DNA from: Candidatus Kapaibacterium sp.
GTDB taxonomy: Bacteria; Bacteroidota; Ignavibacteria; Kapaibacteriales; UBA2268
Direction: 5' to 3'
Length of the DNA: 64,000 nucleotides
Assembly (NCBI GenBank): GCA_963664875.1
Contig: OY761611.1
Coordinates: 544,001 to 608,000 of the forward strand
Within the stretch, counting starts at the first letter, position 1. Each line of letters starts with the position of its first letter. The position numbers and the translations under genes are program-made. The notes beneath the pieces were generated by a model. The model ran no database searches. It was not told where the DNA came from and saw only the letters and a program-made list of their open reading frames with translations. Shown one piece after another: positions 61,242 through 64,000 of the stretch.

Positions 61242-61781
61242 ATGACAGAGCAAAAAGTTTCATACAGATACGCTAAAGCTATTATAGATTCTGCTGTTGA
61301 AATGAATCAGTTGGAAAGTATTAAAAAAGATTTCTCATACTTCGTAAACATGCTATCGGGTTCCAAAGAACTAAAAAATCTTATTAAGAGCCCAATAGTC
61401 CAGGTTTACAAGAAGAAGCGAATTTTTGAAGACCTCTTGAAGGAGAACACTTCTCCCCTGTTTTTAAACTTTGTACTTCTGGTTGCTGAAAAGAGAAGAG
61501 AAAATCTTTTATTCGTTATAAACGAAGAATTTATTAAGATTTATAACGAAATGAACGGGATTTTGCCCGTTACAATCACTACAGCTAATTCCATTGATGC
61601 AAATTTATCTGATAAAATTACTAAAAAATTGCATGAATGGACAGGTAAATCTATAATACCGGAATTTAAAATTGATAAGTCTATCAAAGCCGGCATCAAG
61701 ATAAGAATTGACGATTGGGTTTTTGATGCTTCGTTGAAAACAAGATTGCAATCTTTGTATCACGAATTGGCTGACGCTTGA
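61242..61781 (+). CDS. atpH: F1 subunit delta
   Basis: RYAKA, SPIV, NFV.L..KRR, D.SI..G..IRI.D.V.DASL. Confidence 0.95.
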   Translation: MTEQKVSYRYAKAIIDSAVEMNQLESIKKDFSYFVNMLSGSKELKNLIKSPIVQVYKKKRIFEDLLKENTSPLFLNFVLLVAEKRRENLLFVINEEFIKIYNEMNGILPVTITTANSIDANLSDKITKKLHEWTGKSIIPEFKIDKSIKAGIKIRIDDWVFDASLKTRLQSLYHELADA

Positions 61782-61824
61782 TAATTTGAAATTAAATAGT
61801 TTATAAGTTATAAAGGTAGTTACT

Positions 61825-63381
61825 ATGACTGATGTTAGACCGGAAGAAATATCTGCGATATTACGCAAGCAGTTATCCGGATTTGATAATGAAGCTGACA
61901 TCTACGAAGTTGGTACGGTTTTGCAAATCGGTGACGGTGTTGCTCGAATTTATGGACTTAAAGCTGTTATGGCTTCTGAGTTGGTTGAATTTGAAAACGG
62001 TGTTGTCGGTATGGTTTTAAACTTAGAAGAAGACAACGTCGGTGTGATGCTCTTTGGCGAGGACAGATTAGTAAAAGAAGGCGACATTTGCAAAAGGACT
62101 AAGCGTATTGCTTCAGTTCCTGTTGGAAATGAGCTTTTAGGTCGTGTTGTTAATCCACTCGGTATTCCTATTGATGGAAAAGGTCCCATAGGTATTCCTG
62201 AAGACAAATACTATGCAATAGAAAGAAAAGCACCGGGCGTAATTAAAAGACAGCCCGTTACCGAGCCTGTTCAAACAGGTATCAAAGCTATCGACGCACT
62301 TATTCCAATCGGAAGAGGTCAGCGCGAATTGATTATTGGTGACAGACAAACAGGTAAAACTGCTGTTGCGATTGACACAATTATAAATCAGAAATTTACT
62401 CATTCCGAAGAAGCCAAAGCACTTGGCATCGACCCGGTATTTTGTGTTTATGTAGCAGTTGGTCAAAAGGGATCTACAGTAGCAAACGTTGTTGCTACAT
62501 TAGAAGAGCATGGAGCTATGGATTATACAATCGTAGTAGCAGCTAATGCATCTGACCCTGCTCCACTTCAATATATTGGTCCTTATGCCGGTGCGTCAAT
62601 GGGTGAATTCTTCAGAGATAACGGTAAACATGCACTTGTTATCTATGATGATTTGTCTAAACAAGCAGCTGCTTACCGTCAGGTATCATTGTTGCTTAGA
62701 AGACCTCCGGGACGTGAAGCATATCCGGGTGATATTTTCTATCTGCACTCAAGATTACTCGAACGTGCTGCTAAAATGTCTGATGAAGAAGGCGGTGGCT
62801 CATTAACGGCTTTGCCTGTAATAGAAACACAAGCAGGTGACGTTTCTGCATATATTCCAACTAACGTAATTTCTATTACGGATGGTCAGATATATTTAGA
62901 ACCTAACTTATTCAACGCAGGCGTACGTCCGGCATTGAATATTGGTATATCTGTATCTCGTGTGGGTGGTGCAGCTCAGATTAAAGCAATGAAAAAAGTA
63001 GCAGGCCCACTAAAACTCGAACTTGCAATGTTCAGAGAGCTTGCTGCATTTGCGAAGTTTGGTTCTGATTTGGACAAATCAACCCAACAACAGCTTACAC
63101 GCGGTGCGGTTTTAACAGAAATATTGAAACAAGGGCAATACACTCCATTGCCTGTTGAAAAACAAATTGCTTTGATTTATACAGCTACAAGTGGTAAATT
63201 AGATAACATTAAAGTCGCTCATTTGAAGAGATTTGAAAAAGAATACTTTGAGTATATGGAAAATCAGCATAGCGATATTCTTGATTCCATTATCAAAGAA
63301 AGAGTTATCTCTGACGATAACAAAATCAAACTCGACAAAGCTATCGACGAATTTGTAACTAACTTTAAGAAGACTGTTTAA
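61825..63381 (+). CDS. atpA: F1 subunit alpha
   Basis: [34 protein letters not shown]. Confidence 0.98.
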   Translation: MTDVRPEEISAILRKQLSGFDNEADIYEVGTVLQIGDGVARIYGLKAVMASELVEFENGVVGMVLNLEEDNVGVMLFGEDRLVKEGDICKRTKRIASVPVGNELLGRVVNPLGIPIDGKGPIGIPEDKYYAIERKAPGVIKRQPVTEPVQTGIKAIDALIPIGRGQRELIIGDRQTGKTAVAIDTIINQKFTHSEEAKALGIDPVFCVYVAVGQKGSTVANVVATLEEHGAMDYTIVVAANASDPAPLQYIGPYAGASMGEFFRDNGKHALVIYDDLSKQAAAYRQVSLLLRRPPGREAYPGDIFYLHSRLLERAAKMSDEEGGGSLTALPVIETQAGDVSAYIPTNVISITDGQIYLEPNLFNAGVRPALNIGISVSRVGGAAQIKAMKKVAGPLKLELAMFRELAAFAKFGSDLDKSTQQQLTRGAVLTEILKQGQYTPLPVEKQIALIYTATSGKLDNIKVAHLKRFEKEYFEYMENQHSDILDSIIKERVISDDNKIKLDKAIDEFVTNFKKTV

Positions 63382-63384
63382 ATT

Positions 63385-64000
63385 ATGATAGTTCTAACCG
63401 GAGGCGCCGGTTTTATCGGCTCATGTTTTTTGAAAAAACTAAACGACAAGGGTATTTCAGATATCCTTGTCGTTGATAGATTAAGTGACTCTACTAAATG
63501 GAAAAACCTTATCGGAAAAGAGTTTGATGATTATATTCATAAAACACTTTTTCGGGAAAATCTAAATAAAGGTTACTATGGTAATAAAATTGAAGCCATA
63601 ATCCATTTTGGTGCCTGCTCTGCAACTACAGAACCGGATGTAGATTATTTGTTTGACAATAACCTCTCCTACAGTAAAGAGCTTGCAACTTATGCCGTTG
63701 AACGAAATTTACCCTTTATATATGCCAGTAGCGCTGCAACCTATGGTGACGGTGCATTAGGCTATACAGATAGTGTTTTCGACGATTTAAAGCCTTTAAA
63801 TGCTTATGGAATGAGCAAACATCTTTTTGATTTATGGGCAATAAGAAAAGGTATAATTGATAAAATTATCGGGATTAAGTTCTTTAACGTTTTTGGTCCA
63901 AACGAATACCATAAGCTTGGTATGACATCTATGGTTTATAAATCTTTCCATCAGGTGAGAGAAACCGCAAAAGTAAAGCTTTTTAGATCTTATAAAGAGG
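63385..64000 (+). CDS. hldD: ADP-L-glycero-D-manno-heptose 6-epimerase, truncated by window edge
   Basis: Manual translation MIVLTGGAGFIGS..LNDKGISDILVVD..KWKNL..HFGACSATTE..YASSAATYG..PLNAYGMSK..KFFNVFGPNEYHK; absent from the ORF track because there is no stop in the window. Confidence 0.92.
   Translation, partial: MIVLTGGAGFIGSCFLKKLNDKGISDILVVDRLSDSTKWKNLIGKEFDDYIHKTLFRENLNKGYYGNKIEAIIHFGACSATTEPDVDYLFDNNLSYSKELATYAVERNLPFIYASSAATYGDGALGYTDSVFDDLKPLNAYGMSKHLFDLWAIRKGIIDKIIGIKFFNVFGPNEYHKLGMTSMVYKSFHQVRETAKVKLFRSYKE

Noticed and set aside
1-64000. CRISPR arrays, tRNA/rRNA, IS/prophage, defence systems, stop-codon recoding
   Set aside because: No repeat-spacer periodicity, RNA-gene signatures, transposase or integrase ORFs seen; conserved genes are full length and end in TAA, TAG or TGA under the standard code.

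Overview
AT-rich chromosomal window from an FCB-group bacterium. The gene mix suggests the Ignavibacteria/Ca. Kapabacteria side of Bacteroidota-Chlorobiota: T9SS C-terminal sorting domains, PorV, TAnnTTTG promoters, a Chlorobi/Bacteroidota-type atp operon, plus flagellar regulators. This taxonomy is an inference. From left to right: (1) a five-gene signalling operon (PAS hybrid kinase, REC-kinase, beta-barrel porin, half-size periplasmic binding protein, HAMP/PAS kinase cut by the window edge); (2) K+-dependent membrane pyrophosphatase hppA and an OB-fold lipoprotein; (3) a GAF-GAF/degenerate-GGDEF membrane protein divergent from a tandem GT2-TPR glycosyltransferase; (4) a nine-gene operon, flhF-flhG-(FlgV-like)-fliA-HDOD-pseudo histidine kinase-AMIN/TM/HTH-like protein-T9SS CTD-only protein-PorV, behind a sigma54-like promoter; (5) fumC; (6) a large T9SS substrate; (7) an isolated nuoG-H-I block; (8) a degenerate HisA-like gene and ruvA; (9) four tandem T9SS substrates, three of them paralogous VPS10/BNR beta-propellers; (10) ackA-pta and ptb-buk; (11) amidase, family-4 UDG, ddl, a PfkB kinase and a CBM9-like protein; (12) atpZ/I-B-E-F-H-A followed directly by hldD rather than atpG. 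I saw no rRNA, tRNA, CRISPR array or mobile element. The best candidates for an undescribed system are the flagellar-regulator/T9SS hybrid operon with its His-to-Glu pseudokinase, and the porin-PBP-kinase trans-envelope signalling module.
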